Shown here in pieces: positions 25,001 to 37,885 of a stretch of DNA of 64,000 nucleotides; the first letter of the stretch is position 1, and each line of letters opens with the position of its first letter. The stretch is from Lytechinus pictus. Lineage: Eukaryota. The position numbers and the translations under genes are program-made. The notes below the pieces were generated by a model. That model was not told the DNA's origin and made no database searches. It worked only from the letters and a program-made list of their open reading frames with translations. The stretch spans positions 10,480,001 through 10,544,000 of the forward strand of contig NC_087251.1 in the NCBI RefSeq assembly GCF_037042905.1. The letters run 5' to 3'.

Positions 25001-28000
25001 TGTATTTGCCATTCTTGATAACATCATATTAATCTAGAATGAAATGTTTTCATAACTGTTTTTGTGAGAAAAATCTAAATTTCTGGATTTTTTTTCCATA
25101 CAAAGATGCTCATATATATGCAAATGAGGCAGATTTATTTACGATTTTTTAATTAAAAAATTAATTTGTAAAACTTATCATGGGCTTCAGTTCAATTCGT
25201 ATTGTTTTCTGCACTTGATTTCCAATATTTGGATTATTTTCCTTATTTGTAATTTATTATGGCTAATTTGCATTTAAAAAAAAAATGCAAATTTTGTGAT
25301 TTTCCTATATGCTTGTATATTTAAGGACTTTTAATATGGTGCTTAGGAAACCTTCCTGTAAGGTATTGCCATATTCCAATTTCAATAGATAATCTACTTG
25401 CAATTTTTGAGGGATGTATCACCAGTGTGTTTTCTTGAATATTCTTAACATGTTAGATACTTTTATTTGCATAATATGCACATTACACTACAGACACTAA
25501 GCTGAATACAAATGTATTCAACGTCCTTAGTGATAGCAGCATGTAAATCTCAACATTAATGAAATTTTCAAGCAGTTAATGAGAGAAAAATCACAATACC
25601 TTGACATTTTTCCATATAAGGATGCTTATTTGCATATTATGCAAATGAGGTAGATTTTTTGCACTTTTGACAAAAAACATTGAATACAGTTATTTATCAT
25701 GAAATTTCGCTCTAATTAAAGGGGAATCCAACCTTGGCCATAAAATGTTGTGTTGGGAAGGAGAAAAATAAATTAAACAGAATGGTGAAAGTTTGAAAGA
25801 AATCGGACAAGCAATAAGAAAGTTATAGCTGCTTTAAAATTGAGATCACTAATACTATGTAGATTTCAAATTGGCAACTGAGTAAGTAAATTATGACAAG
25901 GGGCAAGGACAACTTTCCCATAGGCCATGTACTTTATTATAAGGGATTTGTGGTTTTCTCCTAAGTACCCATTCCCCTGGGGCAGTAATCTAAATATAAC
26001 CCAGGTAGTATATTGTTTTATGTCCTCATGAAAGAAAAATATAATTTGAAATAAAACTTTTGGGAAAAATGACATTTTAGCCATAATATGTATTGGAGTA
26101 CATGGAAGAGTAGTCCTTGCCTTACATCACTATGACATCCCATATGCGGCCAATTTGAAGTCTCCATGGGTATAGTGATTACCAATATTTACAACATTAA
26201 AAAATTCATAACTTTCTTGTTTTTTGTCCAATATTGTTCAAACTTTCACCTATCAACTTGTCTGATTTTTCTTTTCCTTATAAAAACAAGTTTTTATTTG
26301 GGTTGGATTCCCCTTTAAATTGTTTTGGACACTCAATTTGTAATCTTTGGGCTATTTTCCTTATTTTTCTAACTTTTTATGGCTAATTTGCATAATATGC
26401 AAATTTCATAAATTTCCACTGTTTGGATTTCTTGGGACTTTTAGTATGTTGTTTAGGGGACCTTCCTTGAAAGCATTGCAGTGGAATATCTCGTGTTGCA
26501 ATTAGTGGTGGGTCAAACCCTATATTGACTGGACTATAAAAATATATGAATTCAATAGTTGTAAACATCTTCTATATTGTTCTCTATAATATTTCCAAAC
26601 ATTGGAAAGAGTTCCATAAAGACCATATGCACCTCCACCAGGCAAATATAACAAAAGATTGTTGTGACTTCCGGTTCGTTCACTTCAGATTTTTCTATCA
26701 TTTTTTTACTGTTGCTTACCTTTATAGTTGGGACTCGAACTCACCTCGTTTAATCTGCAGTCAAGACCTCTTCAATTCTTGGCTCTTCCCGCTATGCTAG
26801 CGAGAAGCGCTGATACCGGAAGGGGTATTTTAAAGATTATCAGCCTATAGTTTGACTAGTCTAGACTCACAGACCCTTTACTGACTAAACCGATGTCTAT
26901 GGACAATTACACGCCGGGGGGGGGGGGGGGGGGGGGCACTTCCATTGACGAGTGGATACCATGCGCGACCATGGGGTCTCAAAAAGCACCCTAAACAGGT
27001 ATTTTCCATATTCTGAATGCTCCCCTTAAAGGTCAAGTCCACCTCAGAAAAATGTTGATTTGAATCAATAGAGAAAAATCAGACAAGCACAATGCTGAAA
27101 ATTTCATCAAAATCGGATGTAAATTAAGAAAGTTATGACATTTCAAAGTTTCGCTTATTTTTAACAAAATAGGTATATGAACGAGCCAGTTACATCCAAA
27201 TGAGAGAGTCGATGATGTCACTCACTCACTATTTCTTTTGTTTTTTATTATTTGAATTATACAATATTTCAATTTTTACGAATTTGACGATTAGGACCTC
27301 CGTGCCTGAAGCACAAAATGTTAAAATAATGGAATTCCACGTGTTCATGGAGGAATGAAATTTCATTTCACATGACAATGACGAGAAAATCAAAATATTT
27401 CATATTTCATATAATAAAATACAAAAGAAATAGTGAGTGAGTGATGTCATCAGTTCCCTCATTTGCATACCGACCGATAACTGTTTTGTGAAATGAAGCG
27501 AAACTTTAAAATGTCATAACTTTCTTATTTTACATCTGATTTTGATGAAATTTTCAGTGTTATGCTTGTTGAATTTCTCTCTTTTTATTCAAATCAAGTT
27601 TTTGTTGGGGTGGACTTGTCCTTTAACAAATATTGGAAGCAAAACGATACTATTGGCAAGTATTCCCTGAATTGAACCCCTAACCACTTGACTGCTATAG
27701 GCTGTAATGCGCACTGACCCCCCTGGTGCTACTGAATGGGACTAACAAGTTAGATCTATTTGGGACTACAACCGACAGCAACTTGGGGGGAAAAATTCTA
27801 AATAATCACATCACTTTCCTCATCACTATTTCCACCATCCATTAATAAAATCATTCTCCCTCCCCTTCTGACCCAGATCTTTCACTAAATTTATCACTCT
27901 TATTGTCAAAAGTTTCTTCAAAATCCTTCTGATTTACTTCTCCACTGCGAGTCGCCATTTTGAACTGAGCGTCGTACACTTTCACTATGGCAGAGTGAAT

Positions 28001-31000
28001 ACAAACATTTATAAATCACTGCAAAAGTTTCGATAACTTTTTTGGAATGGCGCCATCTGGTGTCCATAGTCAGAAATTTGATATACACACGCTGTTTTCA
28101 TTGTAGGGGCTTTAACAGCGCGGTGCTGACGCCTCAAACAGAAGATAGGTCAAGCACGTAATATTACGTGCCTCGCACAGATCGTACGCTCGCCCAGCAC
28201 GTAATATTACGTGCTACGCAGTCAAGTGGTTAAAACAAGTACAGCGATATTTCAATTGTTATGTCACGGTTGTCGGTTTTACCTTTACCTACATCATTGG
28301 GTTTAGTATAGCCCCACCTCCCACACCTAGCGCAAATCAAACTCAACACGTAGTGTTGACTCTTGGGGAAAATAGTATATTTTTTATAAAACAATTTAGT
28401 CTCAATTTTTTATACCCTCGCAAATTTGACCTTAAACACGTAGCTTTCCTAGTGAAAATCGATACCCTTTTTTCATTATTTTAGTGTTTTTGACACCCTT
28501 ATTATGTTACGTACATAATGTGCCCTATCTTGAAAAAGACATCCTTTTTACGTGTTTTTTTGGTCGCTCATGGTATCCACTCGTCAATGTAAGTGGCCCC
28601 CCCCCCCCGGGGGTCACTCTCCACATGGCCCGCTACACACCCGGGTCCAGAAAAAGCGTCGAAAAGGGTCCCGTTTCAGGCACTCAGGCGTCGACGTCTT
28701 TGGCAAAAAGGGTAGCATTTCAGCACCTTTCGCTGGTAAATCGCCTATTAGGGTAGCCTTTTCTCTCTCTTCACGCTATTTAGGGTTGCTAATTTGATTG
28801 CGCCAAATTTCATTTGGGCAAATTTGAGGAGACCCGGGAGCAGACCTAAGCCATAAACACCATGAAGGGCGTGATTTTAAGGGATACAAAATAATCCTTG
28901 CACACGTCGGCCAGCGCAGCACAGTCCTAGCTAGTCTCTTACACCTGGCTCTATACTATAGGCAGCACACATCACGGCTATACTCACTCAAGGGTTCATT
29001 ACATGCCGCCGCGCACAGAAAAATCAAGCCATAGAAGTCGTGTGTTGTGGACACCAGAAGTGGGGTTGCAGCATGCGCGACCCACTAGTTAGAAATCCAC
29101 TGCCAAACGTGGTTCATGGTGCGAGGTTAGTATACTAATCAGGCCTCTACAAAAAAAATTTTCATCACTTGCCCAACAGGGCAAGTGATGAAAATATTTG
29201 CTTGCCCGATAGAAAAAACTGCTTGCCAAATTTGTTTTATTATTTTCTTTCATTATTTTTTTTACGACGGTACTATTATTCATGAAGATCATATAAATAA
29301 AAACAATTGAGAATCATGTACAGTAAAGAACACACATTTATAATTATAAGTATATTTTCAGCAAAGTAGGCCTGAGTTATTACGTTTATTTTGAAGAAAA
29401 AAAAACTTGCTATAGTACTAGTAGATCTAAATGGGCGTTAAAGGTTAAAAAAAGTTGTGGTCCCACATGTAGACTTTCATGGTGTTGCAACATTATACTT
29501 GGTCAACACCATGAAAGTCTACATGTGGGACAACAGTAAGAAAAAACATTTACCGAGTGTAACATCATCAAAATCAGAGTCAAGAAAGAGCTTAATATTC
29601 TTCATTTTTTTAGGTTGTTTCCAACTAGATCAAAACAATCTCAAGGTAATATGAAAAATAAATGTCCATTTTATGTATTTAAAGATTTAAAATGTGGAAT
29701 TTTAGCCACTTTTGCCTTTTTTGTTGTTGTTTTTTTGGAGGGGGTTGTATCGGCAAATTGCGCAAGATAGTAGCGCATGCGCACATAGAACGTAAGATGA
29801 GATGGCACGATTCTTCGAACGAGGTACCTGGCGATAAATTATCTGTATTTGGCGCTGATTTTACATCAGTTTCCACTGTTTTTTGACTGGTTTGACAATA
29901 TATGAGAGATAGTTGTGATTATCACTGACATTTTATTATTTTATTTTCAAAAAATTCACTTGCCCGATCGGGCAATTGACTTTGAGAAATGCTTGCCCGC
30001 CCGTCATTTTCACTTGCGGGTTTGTCGCGCCCTGCTAATACTAACCTCCCAATATGTGTGAGTGGGCTATACCAACACCCCCACAGGTATCAAATTAATC
30101 GATTTCGATGTTTACGCCACTTATGGTATCAAATTAGGGGATTTCTCTGTTCACGCCACTTAGGGTGGCTTTTCTCATGGGTTACGCCATTTTGGGTTGC
30201 AAATTTAGTTAATGTAGTTACGCCGTTTAGGGTGCATTCCTGAGGTTGTCGGACACGGGTGGGTAGCAGTCCATGTGGAGAGTGACCCCCCCCCCGGGTT
30301 ACACGCACTAGATCCTGCTCGAAATTTGACGGAATAAAGCCATATTTTGGTATGTATTTTCACTCCCCCATCATATATGTTCTATATTAGGGTTAGATAT
30401 ATTATTCCATGTTTTTATTTTCAATTTTAGTGGGGGGTGCATATGGATTTCTTGCCCAAACATTTTGTACTAAAAATTGATGAAACTTCGCTTGTAAATT
30501 TTTCCAAATTACTGTCTCAAAGTGATCGTCCGGACACAACAACTGGGTATACTATGGTACCGGTACGGTACTGACAACTGAACTAGCTCTGTTGGGAAAC
30601 TCCAAACTGGACTAGATCTAGACCAGTTTGGGGTCAAATGATCTCTTTAACATTTTAACATGCATTAGTAGAACTAGTTGAAATGATAAATGTTCATTTG
30701 GCTGTCTGTTGTTAATTTGTTGGTTTAGTTCTGCCGTAGACAACTGTCGTTTCTGGGGATTTATTCAAAAATTTCTGACATATAGCAATTAATGTATTGA
30801 GTAGCGAATTGTGATTTATCATTCAAGTGGTTCTATATTTACAAGGTGACCACTGCTCAGAATGTTGCATTATGGGTTGGGAATGAACCTGGCAAGATTT
30901 GAATAATTGATTACTTAAGATAGCATAAGATGCTGGTTGTTGCTGTAAGACCATGTTTGTCCAGACAATTCCTGAATTTGGTATCTAATAGTTCGAATAG

Positions 31001-34000
31001 TGAGATTCAGAAATTTTTTATGCTGCATGATATTACCCCCTCCCCATCTTTATACCATGAAGTTTCATCACCATTCACACACCAAATTTCATTATTCAAG
31101 GGCACATTTCTTATTGTCCGAGACGACTGTGACAGCCTTTGGCTTAAGACTGTGAAAGTAATTGTTGCGTGAATTGCCTCTGGCCTCTCAGACTCAACCC
31201 CTACATCTAAGAAACAAAACTAAGTACTGCCAGTGCTCGTCTTGTAAGTTTTTTTCTCCAATTTATTATTTTTACCAAGGTCCATACAAGCGTAACAGAA
31301 AAGGTGATCGCTCAAATCATTCCAAACAGAAGAAAGAAGAGGAAGGATGTCTGGAGAATGTAGAGCTTACACCAACCCTCCTAGCCTTTAAGTGAGTTTT
31401 CTCATTTCTTGATTATCAGATAAAAATTGCATTATAGATATAAATGGGAATAATGCTAGTCAATTTAGCATTACTAGGACCCATCCACCTTTTTCAGTAT
31501 TTCTTTTTATTTCATTTTAGCACTCTGTAAGTGTTAAAATATATCATCATTCACAAACAGCTGGGTTTTTCTTGTTACAGCATGAGTCAAATTAGTTATT
31601 TGAATCAATGATATGAGAGGTTAAAGATGAACCATAAATTGAGCTTCTTTGAATGCTTCATTCCATTTTGTGACTTAACATACTTATGTTGGGACTGAAT
31701 CAATTGGTATATGAAATATTTATTATTATTACTTTTTTTTCACCAAGGTCACTGTTTTTTCAATATCTTACAATCTGTTATTATTTTTTTCCAGAGAATA
31801 CCAGTCTGAGCTTGATCTTAAGCACGACAAGTATGAGAGACTGGTGAAAGTCAGCAGAGATATTACAATTGAGAGCAAGAGGATTATATTCCTGCTTCAC
31901 CGCATAGATGGGTAAGACTTTAATATTTTTTAGCATTTCTACTTGAATGTTTCTCTCATTTTCAGCATTTCTCAGTTCATTTATTCATTTCTAAAAAATT
32001 CAATGAGTACAGATATATATACATAAAAAAATACACTTCGAATATATAGATCAGTATTTTAAAAATGTAAACATGCAAAAAAACTACTTAAAATAAATAC
32101 AATTATATTCGTGTATAATTAGGCCTGTGTACAGTAATAATATGAGAAACGAAAAGGAGGACTTAAGATAAAGCCAATAGTGGCCTTGTGAGTTAAAGTC
32201 TCCTAAGAATAATAAATGCTAATTTGGAGGCTACTTGGTATATACAATAATCAAAGCATATTTATTATATGAATTCGACATTCTGGTGGACTCCTTTTGA
32301 TGTTTGCTCTGTGATTACCAATAAATTTGTTTTCAATGATTTGAGTATAACGAATTGTAATACTAAAAAGAAATTATCTTTTGTCCACTTGACATGCTGC
32401 CAATTTTGCTTGTAAAAATAATGATTATTAAGACAAAAACTTATATTTGTTGCTAAAATATTATTTTCCATGCCTTTAGAAGTCATTTCCCAATATACAG
32501 TCACAGTGTACTAATAATTTGCTTTCTTGATTGTGATAAATTCACTTTTTTAACTAGTAATATCTTAATTTTACTGTTGTGCCCTTGTGTTTAATTGATT
32601 GATATTATTACACCTCATTACAGAGACAGTGACAAGGTTCTTACTGAAGCAGAGACAAGGTTAAAGTCATTGGAAGATACACTCATCTCTAAGGTTGCTT
32701 CTGAACTCAAGGTACATTTTATGTTTCCGATGTTGACTGGGGAGAAATGATAGATATGTGTATCACTCACCTTATACCCCTTCATGCAGCTCTTTTATTC
32801 TGGTAGGCACTTGTGGAATACATGATGGATGTTGAAATACTATTCAGCTGTCTGAAGAGGGATCTTATTTCTGTTTGTTTTGTTCTGATATTTGTGCCCA
32901 TTTGATATGTAGAAATAATAAATTCAAGTATTCTTATTTCTTATTTTCACATCCACATTTTCTCCCTTTTAGGGTGAAGACTTGCATCAGTTTATCAGAG
33001 CGTTTTCACCAGGACTTCAAGAGTATATTGAGGCTGTTTCATTCTATCTCTTCATCAAAAATGGAAGACTTCTATCACTTGATGAAATTGCTACAAGACT
33101 CACATTTTCTCTGAAAGATGACATCAAGCAGGTTGAAAATGAGGTTAGTCGAAGCTTGGTTTTGTTCTTGTTACTGGTTCATTTTTTTCATTCTTTAAAA
33201 GTCTATGATAATCACAACTAGAATAAAAACTAGAAATTAAATAAAATTAGTGGGTATGATAGTCTGAACGTATAAAGGAATTGGTGATACCCATCTGATA
33301 TAGGTGTAATACAATTTTTTTTCTCTCTTGAAGTAGACTCTATACCCATCCAGGGTATAAAGTAACCTTCAATCATAATGTGACGACATCCAGTGGTCTA
33401 AAGTTCTGTAAAAATGGTGTTCAGAGTTACTTATACAATTCTATGACCCAGCATGAGCTAAAATACTTCTTTCATGTTATTCATGTATGATTTGTATATT
33501 TTGATTTTTAAATGATTGAATAAAATTAATTGCATTGAATTGAATTGAAATTGTCTTTTTGTTGATATTATGGGTCTGTCTTACAAAAAATTTGCTATTT
33601 GAAGTCAAACTCAAATCAAGATTGATTTCAAAATGTATATTTTGGGAAATTGGGAAAAAAGGTTTTGTAAAATGAAATTCTCTGTAGTTTGCATATAATG
33701 TCAATGTACTGATATTGTTAATTGTACAGGAAGCAGAGAAAGCTGATGGAGTAACGGGTCAACCAGAAGCCAGTGATCCCACAGAGATTCAAGATCCATT
33801 AATGGAATCAAAATGTGGTAGTGACCAAAGGACATTGTCTCTGAAACTTCCACCTCTTGAATACATGCTTGGACTGGCAGATTTCACAGGGGAACTCATG
33901 CGCATGTGTATAAACATTATCGGTAGCGGAGACCTAGAGAGACCCTTTCAGTTAGTTGATTTCATGAGGAACATCAACAGAGGATTCCAGCAACTTGGTA

Positions 34001-34188
34001 ATGTAGCAGGGCGCGAGATGGTGCGCAAGTCATCGGTCATGAGACAGAGCTTGAAGAAAATGGAGGATGCCTGCTATGTAATCAAAGTCAGGGGATCTGA
34101 GATTCCCAAGCACATGCTGAAGGATGTTGCTTTCAGCACAGACTTTTCTACAAGAGATGATGACTATGGTCAAGAAATGATGGACTGA
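22020..34188 (+). CDS. TSNAX: Translin-associated protein X (TRAX, C3PO nuclease subunit), about 332 aa; exons 22020-22071 (probable), 31280-31391, 31795-31911, 32624-32711, 32973-33143, 33730-34188
   Basis: Spliced translation contains [68 protein letters not shown] and [17 protein letters not shown], all TRAX hallmarks. GT-AG phases are consistent from 31280 onward. The first exon needs a phase-1 donor; the best candidate is [18 protein letters not shown]|gtaatt, just after a GC-rich stretch at about 21860-21930. Confidence 0.93.
22444..23630. mobile_element. Three-level nest: element B (22444-23630) > TAG..CTA palindromic element C (22455-23157) > element D (22519-23097)
   Basis: B: ccccaagtctgcgca / tgcgcagacttgggg. 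C: tagtcttgaggactccatgatgatgtc and its mirror, with GGTGGGCCC repeated on both sides. D: agcctgttca.accg / cggtgtgaacagcct with CATGG duplicated. Confidence 0.8.
24412..25000. mobile_element. TTAA-targeting MITE (Kolobok-like), family K2
   Basis: TTAA|AGGAGAATGAAAC...GTTTCATTCTCCT|TTAA; extensive internal inverted symmetry. Confidence 0.85.
25716..26318. mobile_element. TTAA-targeting MITE (Kolobok-like), family K3
   Basis: TTAA|AGGGGAATCCAACC...GGTTGGATTCCCCT|TTAA. Confidence 0.85.
27026..27627. mobile_element. TTAA-targeting MITE, family K1 copy 2
   Basis: TTAA|AGGTCAAGTCCACC...GGTGGACTTGTCCT|TTAA. Confidence 0.85.
27684..28229. mobile_element. piggyBac-like MITE
   Basis: (c)taa|CCACTTGACTGC...GCAGTCAAGTGG|ttaa; duplicated cacgtaatattacgtg palindrome near the right end. 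Confidence 0.7.
28607..30298. mobile_element. Second poly-G-terminus element abutting the first; contains a hAT-like insertion
   Basis: ccgggggtcactctccacatgg / ccatgtggagagtgacccccccccggg. Confidence 0.82.
29140..30034. mobile_element. hAT-like element with 5-bp TSD
   Basis: CAGG...CCTG ends, repeated cttgccc subterminal motifs, and CTAAT on both sides. Confidence 0.65.
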
Positions 34189-37100
34189 TTTAGTTTGTCT
34201 GGTTCAAGTTTGAGAATCTTAATAATAAAGGCTTACTTCAAAGGGATCCCATATTCCAAAACAAACACTGAAGGACGCTGATTTAGCACAGGCTTCTTAC
34301 AAGAAATGATGACTGTGTTCAAGATATAGTTTTAGATATTTTCATTTGTGTCATTGATGATATCAAGTTTCAGTAACTCCTTAGTAAACTTATAAAACAT
34401 ATTAACATTTATGATTACTGATAATTTAATGTCATAATTGATTATACATGGTGGTCATTGCATTCAAAATTTGTTCTAAAATCATATGCTAAGCTTTGTG
34501 ATCGATCTCTTATAATACAAGGCACATGTCTAAGTATATATATGAACAGTGAAAACTGTGAGATGATCTGTGATCATGAAAACTAAACACACGGGTGAAT
34601 CATAAACTTTTATACTGAGTTGCCAATGATTAATATCTTTTCTTGGATTTCAACATCATACCACATTCACACCGATTAATCCGACTCCAGACAAACCAAA
34701 TCTATAACCTTACTTCCAGTGACAACCATCGTTTGGATTGTTTATTTGATCCAATACCATAAATATACATAGCAGCCTTTCCAAAGGAAAAAAAAAAGAA
34801 AAATGGGTTGTATTTATGTATGTTGTATCATTTTCACAAAGAATTAGAGCCAGGGAAAGTAAGATTCATGAAACTTCTTATTATGTGGATGGACAATATA
34901 CATTTTTGTTTCAAGATAAGCACCTGAATTATTATTCAACTCACCATGCCAGCTGAATGCTTAAACAAAATTAAAACAAACAAAAAAACGAATCATGATT
35001 TCAAGGCGTGGAGGTGGGCTCATCTGACTAAAACTTACTTTTACATTAAATTTTTAATGATCATGTATCATACTCAAAGTCAAAAATTGACATTTGACAA
35101 CACTGGGTATTTAGTATCTTGTCATCATGCATATGAATTCTGATTATCTTTAATAACTGTTTCCAATTTACATTTATTTTTCAAGTCTTGCCTTTGTTAT
35201 TTGAAGATGTCAATATCTACAAATTATTGAACTTTTTCAGAATATTGAATGAAGGCTTATTAAAAGAAAGTTTTCATAGTTCATTCTGGCTGTAATGGTC
35301 ATTCCTCTTTTGCATCTTAAATTGTGAATAGTTCCTGTGTTATGATGAAATGGCAATGTAAATTGTCTTTTTAAACTGTGTTGCTCAAAGTTTTAAATGC
35401 AGTTTTAATTAAAATGTAAGTTCTTATAAGGAATCAGTTCATGTTGTAAGAAAGATTTTTTTTTCAGAAATGGGCAAGAAAATTAAAATCAGAGAAATTT
35501 GAGTTACCGTTATCTATTTATTCATTATAGTTATGGGTGTGTCAGTGTGTAAGAAGATTAATTTGCCAAATACTTCTGGAACTTGTAGGGCTGGAGGGAA
35601 TGACGACTTGTTTACAAGCATGAGTACAGATTTAGACTCGATGGATGATTAAAGTTTCAAAATCATTACAAATAATTTCACAAGAATATTGCATTTAAAA
35701 ACACTGAAAGGAAAATGGCAATGTAAAACGACCACTAACACACGAAAAATTGAAAAAGGGAGGTCATCTTATTTGAGGGAAAATGATTGGAAGGGTATTC
35801 TGAGGGACATGGATAGTAATGTTTTCATGCTTTCCTGGCAAAAACAACCCGGATTACGCTAAACCTCACACAAAGTATGAAAATCGTGAGCAAAAATTCT
35901 GATGACCTTTGATTTGATATATTTTTTAAAGCAAATTCGTTATTAGGCTTGACTTATCAGAAAATGACTGCCAAGTAAAAAAGCATCCTGTTAAAAAAAA
36001 AAAAAGTTATATATCTGACATTTGGCTTAATTATTTCTAAAATGTGGAAATATTATCAATGAAATGTACAGGGGTAGAAAGCTCATTTTCTAACTTCTAT
36101 GAAAATGTCATAGGTCTCGCTTCAGTGGTTTTGAATACATATGCTGTTACATAATAGTGGTGCATTTCAGTCCATTCCAAGTTCGCAGCACTGCTGTGTT
36201 TCTGCATTTTCTATAGCATGTTTTCCCATCCAGGATCTGAGCAGGGACATTCCCCTGATCTATCCAGGCTCATCAAATCAAAAACTTTGGCAAGTTCAGA
36301 AGGGTGAGAAAGATTTTTAAAATGATATTTGTTATGATTTATAGGGAATTAATGCACCAATTTGAAAGAAAATATGGATAAGTGATGAGTACATTAAGAT
36401 GACCAATGAAGGGCAAACCACAAGTGTATTGCACTTTGCGAAAGTGAACATTTAATTTTTTTCATTAATAAAGGTACAGTGAATTATTAACTTGACCTCA
36501 AAAAATTATTTTAAAAAAGTAATGAAAACAAGAATGCAAAATTGTTGGAATTCGGCATGAAACAGACATGACCTGTTCTCTCCATCATTGTGCATCTCCC
36601 ATTATCAGACTTGAAATAAATAGTCAAGTACTGTTGTTGCCCTTCTGAATATGCTCAAGGTTGTTTATGAGCATGGTTTGATCAAGTAAATTTATTTATG
36701 AAGACTGGAGCTTTTAATTGCTAATAAAATGAAATTACAAAGAATTCATTTCATTACTGAAAATCACATGTGGACGTTGAGATGTGTAGCCCCGAGATAT
36801 ACGGAATGAAACCATTAAGGTTTTCTTTGTAAAATGATGATAAACGTTTTTTTTTTATTCCATACATCATCAAAATATAGTGCAACAGAAATTGTGTAAA
36901 TCGATAGATATACTGAAAGATATGATTTGACAAATTCTATGCATAAATTAGAGATTGTATTTATCAAAATATTGAAAAGGGTCTGAGAACCATGAGTACG
37001 AGTCCAGTGGCAGAATCTTTATTGATTCAATTATTTTACTATTTCAAAATGAATGGTTTTGTGGTGTTTTACAATTATCATTGAATGAGCCGTCTCACTT

Positions 37101-37699
37101 GTTCTGCAATGTAATTTCAACTTCTATGATTAATTACTGTATGTAAGATTACAATTTTCAAATTTTGAGGCACGAGTCTACCCACTTGATGCCACTACGT
37201 CATTACAAAAGAAGTTATGACTGGTTCGGAGGTGTCATAAATATTTAGTCAGGTTCTTGTCCCCGATCTTGGCAAAAAGGGCTTCATGAAATGGTTATAG
37301 AGGACAAGTAGCTCACCATCTCCGATTTAGTCAAGAAGTTAGACTTATGATGAAACAGGCCCTTGAATAATAAATGGAAACTAGTAAAAGTGAAATTTTC
37401 TTCGGCTTTTCTTCATTTATTTTGCTGAGATAACATATTTCATTTTTTTTATGTAAGTTTTTAAAGGTTGACCATGGGGGAGGGGAAGGAAAGGGAATCC
37501 ACTTCTTTAAACACATTTTGTACAAAAAGCATTAAAAAAAGTGGGATTTGGTGTTGCACCCACCGGTTCCACCACTGATGTGCACACCCCCCCCCCCCCC
37601 CCCGCCTTCTGCCCTCTTTGGGTCTGCACAAAGGTAAAGTTACACGTCGTTGAAGTCTTGCTTGGTAAATATGTTTTCCCTTTTTAATTTGTCTTGCTT

Positions 37700-37885
37700 T
37701 TACCCATATATATAATACACGAGCGCCGCCGTATCGATATCGCGAAGAACTTCCTCAATCTCGACACTGTCTTAGCTTAGCCTTAGCGCTTAGAAACGGG
37801 ACGCCGATTGCAAATTCCATCTATTCGGATACTATTAACAGTATATTTTGATTCCGACGTAATTCTCACTTGTGTGAAATTCAGT
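37700..37885 (+). promoter_or_regulatory. Probable CpG-rich promoter and 5'UTR of WDR92
   Basis: Local CpG enrichment immediately upstream of the ATG at 37886, in otherwise CpG-poor sequence. Confidence 0.5.

Larger units (their letters stand above)
22366..26520. mobile_element. Long-TIR DNA element hosting five nested insertions (TSNAX intron 1)
   Basis: acccaccactaattgcaacacgagatattccactg...aaacaacat (22373-22440) resumes at 23631 (actaaaagtcccaagaaatcc). It is mirrored at about 25600-25715 and 26319-26520. Confidence 0.85.
26915..28610. mobile_element. Poly-G-terminus MITE with two nested insertions
   Basis: c(G)n cacttccattgacgagtggataccatg / catggtatccactcgtcaatgtaagtgg(C)n gg. Confidence 0.85.

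Noticed and set aside
35450..36420. Exon-like and TIR-like segments downstream of TSNAX
   Set aside because: There is no sustained ORF, and only a 10-bp inverted match (ggtcatctta/taagatgacc) without a clear TSD.
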